A DNA stretch of 64,000 nucleotides from positions 64,001 through 128,000 of IMG/VR virus record IMGVR_UViG_3300042922_000982; one strand, given 5' to 3'. Both the position numbers and the translations under genes were made by a program. Below the pieces are notes generated by a model that searched no databases, was not told the origin of the DNA, and saw only the letters and a list, made by a program, of their open reading frames with translations. This document shows positions 56,361 to 64,000 of the stretch, in pieces. Source of the DNA: a virus. Each line of letters opens with the position of its first letter. Position 1 is the first letter of the stretch.

Positions 56361-58376
56361 CTAGAGCCGGGACTGGATGGGCAAGTCGCACACGGGGCAC
56401 GGCGCCACCTTCTCGGTCGCGTCGATCTCGACGTGCCCCTTGTGGTGGGGGCACCACACGTCGCGGGTGTTCTTGGGGCGATCGTCTTGCGGGTGGCGAT
56501 CGCCGTCTTGCACCGAGCCCGCCCCGCGCGGCAGGTCGAAGAACACGGACGCGCCTCCCGAGCGGGTGATCGCCTGGTGCGCGACCACCATGACCGCATC
56601 GAGCGCGTCGTCGGTCTGCACCGGGCCCGCCGTGGGGGCGTGGGCTGCGATCAGGCGCTTCTTTTTGGTGTTGCGGCCCTTGAGGCTCTTGAGCGCGGCC
56701 ATCATTTCGCGTTTGAGCAGCATGATCGAGTAGATCGGCCACTTGGTCTCGTCGTCGTCCCAGCCGTCTTTCTCAAGCTCCTTGTCGGCCATGGCCCACA
56801 ATTCCGGCGGCGTCTCGGGCAGGGCCAGGCGCTCCTCGAACACCAGCTGCTTGAAGTTGGTGGCCAGCTCGTCGTTGAAGACGTCCGTGAAGGTCGTCTT
56901 GATCGCGTTGATGCCCATGTCCTCGAGGTCCTGGATCATCTGGATGCTGCTGAATTGGTCGAAGGATACCTGCGTCACCGTGACCCGCTTGGCGATCCGC
57001 TTGATGAACGGCAGCAGCTCCTTGGTGTAACCCACCTCGCGGTTGAACGCGCGAATCAGGTCGATCACGACCACGCCCTTGCGGACGTGCCCGACGGCCA
57101 CCACGAGGCGATCGCCGCCTTCGGAGGTGTCGACGTGCACCACGCGCTCGTACTTGCGCGCGTCCTTGACGAACGCCTCTTCAAGCTCCCGATCCGAGAT
57201 GGTGCCGAGCGGCATGGCCGCCGTGCGCCCGGTCAGGGCGGTGTAGAGCTTGACCATGGCCTCGAATTGGCTCGCCACGTTGGGCAGCAGGTTCTTGGCG
57301 CCGGTGAAGAATTGCGCGCCGTACTCGGTCTCGGCGACGTCGGGGTCCTTGCGGTACTCGGCGGCGTAGTCGTCTTTCGTCTCGCCGGGGATCATCTCCC
57401 ACGAGGCCAGCTGCACCACGAGCGCGTTCTCGAACGTGCCCGCGATCGCCTGGCAGTACAACTCGTAGAGCACGCCGTCGGCCTCGGCGGGCGAGGACAG
57501 GATCAGCACGATGCCCTTCCCCTTGGCGCGGGTCTTGACCGCGCTTCGGATGGCGGTGTAGAGCGCGCGATCCGATCGAGGCCCCGACGTCTTCTCGGCG
57601 AAGGCGATCTCGTCGTGGATGTAAACGACCGTGTCACGGCCACGGCCCGACTTGGAGTTAGACGAGCCCCGCTCCGCCCACAGGTGCTTGCCGAACTTCA
57701 TCATGCCTTTGATCGGCGGGCTATACCGGCCGTTGAACCACTTGACGCGCTCGATGAAGCTGACGAACGCATCGAAGAACTCGCCCGCCTGCGCGGCCGA
57801 GGTGGCCACGTTCTGGATGCGCAGCGCCTTCAAGGCGGCCAGGTTGAACAGGGCGTGCGGGTTCGGCTGACTCAGGATGCGGTGGCCCTGGTGCCCGGCC
57901 GTGCCTGCCGCGAAGGTGGTCTTACCGCCGCCACGGCCGATGATCAGCACGATCGTCCGGGGCTCCGAGCTATTGTCGTCCAGGCTCTCGAAGACCTGGG
58001 CGTACGGGTTTTTGCGGCTCTTCAGGTACGCCCAATCGGCCACCTCGTCGTACCAGTAGACGCCCGCGTCGTCCTGCTCGACGCAATGGCCCATGGTGCG
58101 CATCAGCTTCTCGCCGTCGAAGCCCAAGCACATGGTCGCGGCATCGAACGGGTAGCGCGCCAGGCGCGTGTCGAGCGGCCGGTGATTGGCGGCGTTGTCG
58201 ATCACCTTGGCGAGCAGCCGCTGGCGCGGGCGCAGGATCATGTGCGCCCAGTCCTCGTGCTCCAGAAACACGTCGAGCGGCACGACCTCACCCGATTGAT
58301 CTGTGCCCTCTTCGAGCATCGAGATCATGCGGGTGTAGGCGTCGTCCGCCAGGATGGTCTTGCTCGCCACCGCCAT
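56361..58376 (-). CDS. terL: terminase large subunit
   Basis: Walker A GRGGGKT, Walker B YIHDE, coupling motif LSSP, RNase H-like VHVD..DQF..DDALDAV. Confidence 0.93.
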   Translation of the reverse strand: MAVASKTILADDAYTRMISMLEEGTDQSGEVVPLDVFLEHEDWAHMILRPRQRLLAKVIDNAANHRPLDTRLARYPFDAATMCLGFDGEKLMRTMGHCVEQDDAGVYWYDEVADWAYLKSRKNPYAQVFESLDDNSSEPRTIVLIIGRGGGKTTFAAGTAGHQGHRILSQPNPHALFNLAALKALRIQNVATSAAQAGEFFDAFVSFIERVKWFNGRYSPPIKGMMKFGKHLWAERGSSNSKSGRGRDTVVYIHDEIAFAEKTSGPRSDRALYTAIRSAVKTRAKGKGIVLILSSPAEADGVLYELYCQAIAGTFENALVVQLASWEMIPGETKDDYAAEYRKDPDVAETEYGAQFFTGAKNLLPNVASQFEAMVKLYTALTGRTAAMPLGTISDRELEEAFVKDARKYERVVHVDTSEGGDRLVVAVGHVRKGVVVIDLIRAFNREVGYTKELLPFIKRIAKRVTVTQVSFDQFSSIQMIQDLEDMGINAIKTTFTDVFNDELATNFKQLVFEERLALPETPPELWAMADKELEKDGWDDDETKWPIYSIMLLKREMMAALKSLKGRNTKKKRLIAAHAPTAGPVQTDDALDAVMVVAHQAITRSGGASVFFDLPRGAGSVQDGDRHPQDDRPKNTRDVWCPHHKGHVEIDATEKVAPCPVCDLPIQSRL

Positions 58377-58379
58377 GGG

Positions 58380-58778
58380 TCAGTCCTGCCGTTTCTGGGT
58401 GCGCGGCGCGTGCTGCGCCTCGATGGCGTGATCGGCGGCCAGGCTGCGCAAGTTGGCCGCGATCGCCGCCGCGCCGGGGTCGCCTAGCGCCTCCACCTGC
58501 CGGGCGATCGCGCTCAATTGCCGGTTCATGCGCATGAGCCGATCGGTGCTACCGGCCAGGGCCCGCAAATCCGCCAGGGCGGGCAGGAGGCCGTTGAGCG
58601 CACGGTGCGCGTCAAGCTCGGCCTGCCGGGCGCGGCCGTCGGGTGGAATCTCGACCATGTACGTGCCCGTCACATGGCACACCTCGAAGCGCGCTTCCGG
58701 GTCGTGCCGCTGGGCGATCTCCTCCGGGGTGGCCACCCGGTACAGGGGCTCGCCCTGGTGCGCGGTGGGGTTAGGCAT
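58380..58778 (-). CDS. hypothetical protein
   Basis: GGAGG RBS. Confidence 0.65.
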   Translation of the reverse strand: MPNPTAHQGEPLYRVATPEEIAQRHDPEARFEVCHVTGTYMVEIPPDGRARQAELDAHRALNGLLPALADLRALAGSTDRLMRMNRQLSAIARQVEALGDPGAAAIAANLRSLAADHAIEAQHAPRTQKRQD

Positions 58779-59169
58779 CGCTTGCGCCCTCCGAGGCCCC
58801 TTGCCGGGCATCGTGGGGGCCGCGCTGGGCCATCGCGCGCCGCTCATCCTGGGCCGCATGGACGGCGCGGAGGACCTGGGTCTCCAGGTGGCGCAGCGCG
58901 GCGATCGCCACCTCGCCCAGCGGGGTGTCCGGGTCGGCGATCATGTGGTCCTTGTAGATGCCGGGGTAGTGCGATCGCAGGTAGTCCCGCAGCCGCTCGG
59001 GGTCGCCCAAGACGGCGACGCCTGTGCGGTCGGGGCCGAGCGCGTAGTCGATCCCGATCAGGACGTGTTCGCCCTGGGCCTGCTCGCCCTGCCACCGCTG
59101 GCCGGGGTCGGTGAAGGCGCGCGGGTTGGGGGTGGCGTTGAGGGCCTGCTCGGCGTGGGTGTCGTGCAT
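58771..59169 (-). CDS. hypothetical protein
   Basis: AGGGAG RBS. Confidence 0.65.
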   Translation of the reverse strand: MHDTHAEQALNATPNPRAFTDPGQRWQGEQAQGEHVLIGIDYALGPDRTGVAVLGDPERLRDYLRSHYPGIYKDHMIADPDTPLGEVAIAALRHLETQVLRAVHAAQDERRAMAQRGPHDARQGASEGASDA

Positions 59170-59172
59170 GGG

Positions 59173-59871
59173 TTAGCTCCCTTGGCTCTGGAGGCGGGCG
59201 AGTTCCTTGGCGATCGCCCGCGCGTTTTCGGGACAGACGGTGTTGATGGCGCTCTGCACGTTGGTCATGAACCGTTCGAGCGCCTGGTAGTTGTAGAAGG
59301 TGCCGACCACGTTGTTGTACTTGTCCACGATGTCGGACACGGCCTTCTCGGCTTTCAGTGCCTCGCCCTCCAGCCGGGCGACGTCGCCGTAGCCCACCTG
59401 TAGCAGCGCGGGCTTGTGGCGCACCGTGATCTCGGACACCTCCTCGGCGCCGCAGCGCGTGCACAATCCGGGGTACTGGTGCCCGTCGGGGCTGCCGAGC
59501 ACAAAGTAGCGCGCGTGGCGGGCATCGAGCTCGATGCGCTTGGCGATCGCCTTCACGCGGCCGATCGCGTTGGTCAGCTCGGTTATCATGTCCAGGCCGC
59601 CGACCAGGGCGCCGACGCGGGTGGTGCTATCCGCCTGGGGCGGCAAGCCGCCTGCGGGCATGGCGCGCCCCACGCTACCCGCCACCTTGGCCGCGATCGC
59701 CGCCTCGGCCTTCTTGCGCAGCGCGATCGCCGTCGGCTTCGACACGCCGGTCACGGCCTTGACCTCCTCGAGCGTCACCTTGCGCCCGATCATGGCCGCC
59801 GCCTCGAGCAAGTCGATCACGGCGGGCAGTTGTTTGTCCTTCGGCAGCTTGCCGGGGCTAGTTTCCGACAC
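59173..59871 (-). CDS. candidate terminase small subunit (N-terminal HTH + helical)
   Basis: TLEEVKAVTGVSKPTA HTH; ~0.8 kb upstream of terL; function inferred from position. Confidence 0.5.
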   Translation of the reverse strand: MSETSPGKLPKDKQLPAVIDLLEAAAMIGRKVTLEEVKAVTGVSKPTAIALRKKAEAAIAAKVAGSVGRAMPAGGLPPQADSTTRVGALVGGLDMITELTNAIGRVKAIAKRIELDARHARYFVLGSPDGHQYPGLCTRCGAEEVSEITVRHKPALLQVGYGDVARLEGEALKAEKAVSDIVDKYNNVVGTFYNYQALERFMTNVQSAINTVCPENARAIAKELARLQSQGS

Positions 59872-60739
59872 GGGCGGCCTCCTTTCGGCGTGGGCGGGCG
59901 TAGATGGGGCGGTTGCACAGCGCGGCGGGGCGATCGGCGCCGCCGTGGTGCTTGGCGTACTGGTGGCAGGCCGGGCAGCGGCCCCGCACGAAGCCCTTCC
60001 CGGTGCGATCGCACGGCGGGTTCACGCACACGGCGCCCCGGCGGGCGATCGCCTCGCGCCAGGCGACAAGCTCCTGCGCCGTGCGATCGCGATCGTGCTG
60101 CTCGTGGAATCGGGTGCACCCGGCGCAGCGCCCGTAGCGCGTCCGCCCCGCGATCGTCGGCCCGGCGCACACGATGCACGCGGGTCGGACGCCCGCGAGC
60201 CTGCTCTCCAGCGCGGCGATCGCCTCGCGCGTGATGTCCTCGCCATGCTTGCGCCGGTACACGTAGCACCTCACGCAGCGGCCCTTGCGCGGCTTCTCGG
60301 TGGGGGCCGTGCAGTTGACGCACTCGGACACGATCACCCGTTTCTGGCGCGGGCCCGTTTTCTCGTAGCCGGGCCCCCAGCCGCGCCGCTCGACGCCGTC
60401 GGTCGAGCCGCGCTGGTAGCCCGTGGGCGGGCGATCGACGCTGCGCAGGCGCCGGTACTCGTAGCACGCATGGCAGCGGCCCTTGCGGGGCTGCTCGGTG
60501 AGGCGCTTGCAGTTGCCGCAACAGACGGCGGGCTTGGGGGGGACGCCACTCGCGCGGCGCCGGGGCGCCCGGTCCGGATCGCGCTCGGTGCCGTAGCGGC
60601 GTATGTGGTTGTAGCACCTCACGCACCGCCCGGCGACCAGCTTGACGATCGCCCGGCCGTCGGGGCAGATGGCGTTGGCGCACACGCCGGGTGGGATCGG
60701 CTTCCGGCCGCCGCGCTGCGGGGCGAACACGCTACTCAT
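59858..60739 (-). CDS. tandem GATA-like Zn-finger repeat protein
   Basis: five CxxC..GRCxxC repeats. Confidence 0.75.
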   Translation of the reverse strand: MSSVFAPQRGGRKPIPPGVCANAICPDGRAIVKLVAGRCVRCYNHIRRYGTERDPDRAPRRRASGVPPKPAVCCGNCKRLTEQPRKGRCHACYEYRRLRSVDRPPTGYQRGSTDGVERRGWGPGYEKTGPRQKRVIVSECVNCTAPTEKPRKGRCVRCYVYRRKHGEDITREAIAALESRLAGVRPACIVCAGPTIAGRTRYGRCAGCTRFHEQHDRDRTAQELVAWREAIARRGAVCVNPPCDRTGKGFVRGRCPACHQYAKHHGGADRPAALCNRPIYARPRRKEAARVGN

Positions 60740-60838
60740 GCGACACCTCGCGCGCGCCGGTGAACGCGCAGACGGCCAGGTGGGCGATCGCGTAGACGGC
60801 CACGGCCCCCAAAGACACGATCAACGGGTGGGCCTGGA

Positions 60839-61204
60839 TCACGACGCGCCCTCCGCCGTGCCCGCAGGCGCGGGCATCTCGGCCGTGGTGGCGTCAATCA
60901 CCGCCATGGCGTCATCGAAGGTGAGCTTGTAGCCGCAATTCGGGCAGCATCCGGGCTTGCCGCCGCCGAAGGTCAGCCGGATGGCGCGGTTGCGCAGCGA
61001 CCCCGACACCACGATCAAGCCCTTGGCCGCCAGGCTCTTGAGGTGGTAGTCCACGGTGCTGGTGCTGCGCATGCCGAGCGCCTGGCCGATCTCGCGCACG
61101 GTGGGCGGGTAGCCCTCGGTGCTGAAGTACTCCTGAATGAACGCGAGCACGTCCAGGTGGCGGTCGGTCTGCGCCCGGTTGCGGGTCTTGACGGGGAGGG
61201 TCAT
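60839..61204 (-). CDS. LexA-type DNA-binding domain protein lacking the S24 peptidase domain
   Basis: GYPPTVREIGQALGMRSTSTVDYHLKSLAAKGLI..RAIRL, then CPNC. Confidence 0.88.
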   Translation of the reverse strand: MTLPVKTRNRAQTDRHLDVLAFIQEYFSTEGYPPTVREIGQALGMRSTSTVDYHLKSLAAKGLIVVSGSLRNRAIRLTFGGGKPGCCPNCGYKLTFDDAMAVIDATTAEMPAPAGTAEGAS

Positions 61205-61221
61205 GGCGGATTCCTCGGGTT

Positions 61222-61566
61222 CTAGAGGCGGAAGGACAACCGGCGGTCGGTGCCGAGCAGGGGGTGGCGGGTTTCGAGCAGCATGGCCGGGCGATCGCCG
61301 AGCTTCCAGCCGCCGTAGGACGGCGTGGGGTAGGTGTGCGCCACGCGGATGTCCTCGTACGCGAACCAGACGCGGTAGGCCGTCGGGACGTGGCGCGTGC
61401 GCGGGATCATGATCTTGCCGCAGGGCACGTAGTACGTCTCGGTGTGGGCGGGCACCACGTCGCGGTAGGTCACGACCGCCTCCACCGGCTCGATGTCTCG
61501 GCCGCACCCGCTCAGGGCCAACAGGGCAAGCTGGGCGATCGCCCAGCGCGCGACGACCCTACCCAC
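61222..61566 (-). CDS. putative lipoprotein
   Basis: LALLALSGC lipobox; start uncertain. Confidence 0.55.
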   Translation of the reverse strand: MGRVVARWAIAQLALLALSGCGRDIEPVEAVVTYRDVVPAHTETYYVPCGKIMIPRTRHVPTAYRVWFAYEDIRVAHTYPTPSYGGWKLGDRPAMLLETRHPLLGTDRRLSFRL

Positions 61567-61693
61567 GGGGGATGACCAGGCCAAGCGGGAGCCTGTGGCG
61601 CCGGGGCTCGAGGGCGCGCACCGGGCACCCGGCCAGCAAGGAGAGCGAGAGCGTGCCCGCGAGCAAGTAGAGCAGGCCGGACCTAGTCGGCAT
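61559..61693 (-). CDS. 44-aa putative lipoprotein (MPTRSGLLYLLAGTLSLSLLAGC...)
   Basis: AGGAGG RBS; LAGC lipobox. Confidence 0.5.
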   Translation of the reverse strand: MPTRSGLLYLLAGTLSLSLLAGCPVRALEPRRHRLPLGLVIPRG

Positions 61694-62150
61694 GGGCGGC
61701 CTCCTGCTTGATCAGCACCTGGCGATCGCGGCTCTCGCGCACGATCCAGGCGTTGGCGTGCGGGAACCAGCCATCGAAGAAGGCCACGGCCGCCTCCACG
61801 GTGGGAAACACCGCATCTTTGATCCAATCGGCGGTGGGGTGGTAGTAGTTGTCGCAGAAGGTGCCGCGCTTGGTGAGCACCTGATCGTCGAGGGCGTAGG
61901 TGATCACCCAGCCCTCGTACGGCTTGCGCATGGTCTCGCCCTCGACCCTTGTAAGGAAGAACTCCTTGTACGCGCCGGGGGCGTGGAGCCGGAAGGCGAT
62001 CGCCATCGCGAGCAAACGATCAGCGCGCTCCAGCGGGGTCTCGGGCGCGCGCGGCGGCGCGGGGCGGGCCGTGGCGCGGACGGTGGCCATCTGGGAGGCC
62101 GGGGGCTCGGGGGGCACGTAGGACGGGCTCTTCTTGGTGCGGTGATCCAT
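61683..62150 (-). CDS. hypothetical protein
   Basis: GGAGG RBS. Confidence 0.75.
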   Translation of the reverse strand: MDHRTKKSPSYVPPEPPASQMATVRATARPAPPRAPETPLERADRLLAMAIAFRLHAPGAYKEFFLTRVEGETMRKPYEGWVITYALDDQVLTKRGTFCDNYYHPTADWIKDAVFPTVEAAVAFFDGWFPHANAWIVRESRDRQVLIKQEAAHAD

Positions 62151-62167
62151 GGGGTATCCTCCGGGGG

Positions 62168-62575
62168 TTAGAACGGGGCGATGGGCAGCGGCTTCTTGCG
62201 GGTGTAGGTGACGGAGAAGGTCTCGTCAACCGCCGGGGTGAAGGCGAACAGGCCCTTGTAGGTGTGGTCGATCGCCCGGTAGAACGTGGTGGCCGCCACG
62301 CGGTAGGCGTAGGCCACCATGAGGCGCTCGGGGTTGTCGGGGTGCTTCCAGATGCTGAACACGCACTCGGTGGCGGGCACGTAACACAGCCAATTCGGCC
62401 CCATGCGGATCACGTCGTCGAGCGCCTGGAACGCGGGCATCTCGACCCAGAGCGCCATGGCCGCCGTCGCCTCCGCCCCCTGCGCGGGGTCCACCACCAG
62501 GCGCAAGAAGCCGGGGGCGATCGAGTCGCCGCGCAGCGGCGCGACCAGCTCGGGGATCTCTTTTTTGGGCTCCAT
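62168..62575 (-). CDS. hypothetical protein
   Basis: AGGAG RBS. Confidence 0.7.
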   Translation of the reverse strand: MEPKKEIPELVAPLRGDSIAPGFLRLVVDPAQGAEATAAMALWVEMPAFQALDDVIRMGPNWLCYVPATECVFSIWKHPDNPERLMVAYAYRVAATTFYRAIDHTYKGLFAFTPAVDETFSVTYTRKKPLPIAPF

Positions 62576-62622
62576 GGGGCTCTCCTGTTGACATGCGCCA
62601 CCGGCCGGGTAGGCGCGCCGTG

Positions 62623-62958
62623 TCATACCTCGTATGGGGTGTAACGCGGGGGCTCGATGGGCGAAACCGGCGCCGCGCCGCTATCCGTGGGCGGCTCCAC
62701 GATCGCCATGCGCTTGACGAACCCGCGAATGACGGCCACCTGCTCGTCGTGCGCGCGCCGGTAGCGGCGAACCTGGCGCTGCGCACGCGACACCGCCCCG
62801 CCCATGAGCACCGCGCCGAGGAACAGGCCGACCCCCACGCCGGACAGCCCGGTCGTGAACACCAGCACCAGCGCCTGGTCGGCGGCGAGCGTGGCGCCCA
62901 CCCCCACCCCGGCGATCGCCGAGGCGCCCAGCAGCACCTGCGCCGTCACGGGCGCCAC
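62623..62958 (-). CDS. small membrane protein
   Basis: two hydrophobic segments. Confidence 0.6.
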   Translation of the reverse strand: MAPVTAQVLLGASAIAGVGVGATLAADQALVLVFTTGLSGVGVGLFLGAVLMGGAVSRAQRQVRRYRRAHDEQVAVIRGFVKRMAIVEPPTDSGAAPVSPIEPPRYTPYEV

Positions 62959-63176
62959 CGCCGCTCAACGCGCTCGAACACGCCATGGGCCCTCACGGGG
63001 GATTCGGGCGCCTTGTCGCCGAACGTGGCGGCGACCGTGGGGCTCACGGGCGCGCTCTTGGCGGGCGCGCAGCCGACGTGGTAGCCCCGGCGGGTGTCGG
63101 GCTGGAAGATCATGCCGTGGCCGTCGGGGATGGGCCCCCCGCACGCGGCGCACATGGTCACGGGCACGTCACTCAC
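62946..63176 (-). CDS. small Zn-binding protein (CAAC..HVGC)
   Basis: GAGGAGG RBS before GTG. Confidence 0.55.
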   Translation of the reverse strand: MSDVPVTMCAACGGPIPDGHGMIFQPDTRRGYHVGCAPAKSAPVSPTVAATFGDKAPESPVRAHGVFERVERRWRP

Positions 63177-63741
63177 CGGGCACCTCCTCCTCGATGCGGG
63201 GCGCACCGGGGCGCGCCTGGGCGAACTTGCGAAGCGACACGTCGAGCGGCAGCAGGTACTTGGCGCGCGCCTCGGCGATCGCCCGGCCCGCCACGTCGAG
63301 CGGCAGGTTGCACTTCTCGGCGACCGTCACCTCGTCCACATGGCGCAGCACCATGTACATGGTGCCGTGCAGGAAGCTGAGCAGGTAGTCCCAGGGCTCG
63401 CCGGGCAGGTCCTCGCCGCCGTACAGGGTGGAGCCCTCCTCCTTGGCGAGCGCCTGCATGCCCTTCCAGCCCACGGCACACGCCTCCTCGAGCGGCAGGT
63501 GCAAGTCGGCCAGCAACTCGGAGAACCCGATGCCCTCCACCCCGCCGGGCTTGCGGTTCTCGCGGATCCGGTGCTTGGCGATCGCCACCAAGCGGTCCCG
63601 ATCGGCGAACAGGGCGGGCGGCTCACACGCGGCGTGGTAGGCCACGCGGTGGTACGGATCGAACACCAGGGGCTCGGTGCCCGCGATGGGCACCTCGCAC
63701 CCGGCGCACGCGCACGCGGGGGTGGTGGACACGGCGAGCAT
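63169..63741 (-). CDS. hypothetical protein
   Basis: AGGAGG RBS. Confidence 0.7.
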   Translation of the reverse strand: MLAVSTTPACACAGCEVPIAGTEPLVFDPYHRVAYHAACEPPALFADRDRLVAIAKHRIRENRKPGGVEGIGFSELLADLHLPLEEACAVGWKGMQALAKEEGSTLYGGEDLPGEPWDYLLSFLHGTMYMVLRHVDEVTVAEKCNLPLDVAGRAIAEARAKYLLPLDVSLRKFAQARPGAPRIEEEVPGE

Positions 63742-63744
63742 CCC

Positions 63745-64000
63745 TAGCCCTCCTGGCCGCCGAGCAGCACCGTCAGCGCGGGCGCCTCGTCGGGATCGGG
63801 GCCGCCGGGCAATTGGGCGTTGCCCGCCGCCTCGATGGCCTGCTCCAGCGTGGGGTAGTAGAACAACCGGCGCGTCTCGTCGGTGCGGTTGGAGCCCTTG
63901 ACCTCGGTCATCCACTGGCCGTCCGGGCGCAGGGCCGACCCGAAGCCGTCGGTGATGGCCCACCAGTAGGCATCCGCGCCCTCGGGGCCCTTGCGCGCCT
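63745..64000 (-). CDS. partial hypothetical protein (5' end outside window)
   Basis: open frame ...WWAITDGFGSALRPDGQWMTE... Confidence 0.6.

Noticed and set aside
56013-56470. Diversity-generating retroelement TR/VR pair
   Set aside because: Differences are not adenine-specific, both copies are coding, and no reverse transcriptase is seen.
61222-61693. Spanin or lysis cassette
   Set aside because: Two lipobox ORFs are present but no adjacent endolysin or i-spanin is recognisable.
1-64000. Alternative genetic code or stop-codon reassignment
   Set aside because: TAG, TGA and TAA all end genes cleanly before the next RBS, and marker genes are intact under code 11.

Overview
A GC-rich (roughly 70% by eye) segment of a large tailed-phage genome, made of two convergent arms that meet at a bidirectional terminator near 27,800. 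The left arm (+, 1-27,760) holds about 55 short, mostly unannotatable 'early-type' genes, including one DHH phosphoesterase. It is punctuated by seven copies of an invariant GGAAC-N16-GGATA promoter-like motif (most followed by a stem-loop) and by a stereotyped start motif, GGAGAACCGCCATG. The right arm (-, 27,835-64,000) encodes a large terminase, a Herelleviridae-type portal, a Nudix-MuF head morphogenesis fusion, three large Lys/Ala/Pro-rich proteins sharing an N-terminal tag (one is a 2,128-aa sigma-70-like + SNF2 helicase fusion), a protease-less LexA-like protein, a tandem HTH triplet, a minimal nucleotidyltransferase, a kinase-like protein and DUF1643. The two most striking observations are: (1) three individually promoted tRNA-mimic RNAs with intact acceptor/T arms but rebuilt middles, plus a ~380-nt structured ncRNA, flanking the sigma/SNF2 gene; and (2) a putative capsid-loading and processing code (VxAH..TKxG.V.QV tag plus [LIM]xK[SAG] sites) that could deliver a sigma factor with the genome. 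The cyanobacterial HIP1 octamer GCGATCGC is conspicuously frequent. All calls come from motif recognition by eye; no searches were run.
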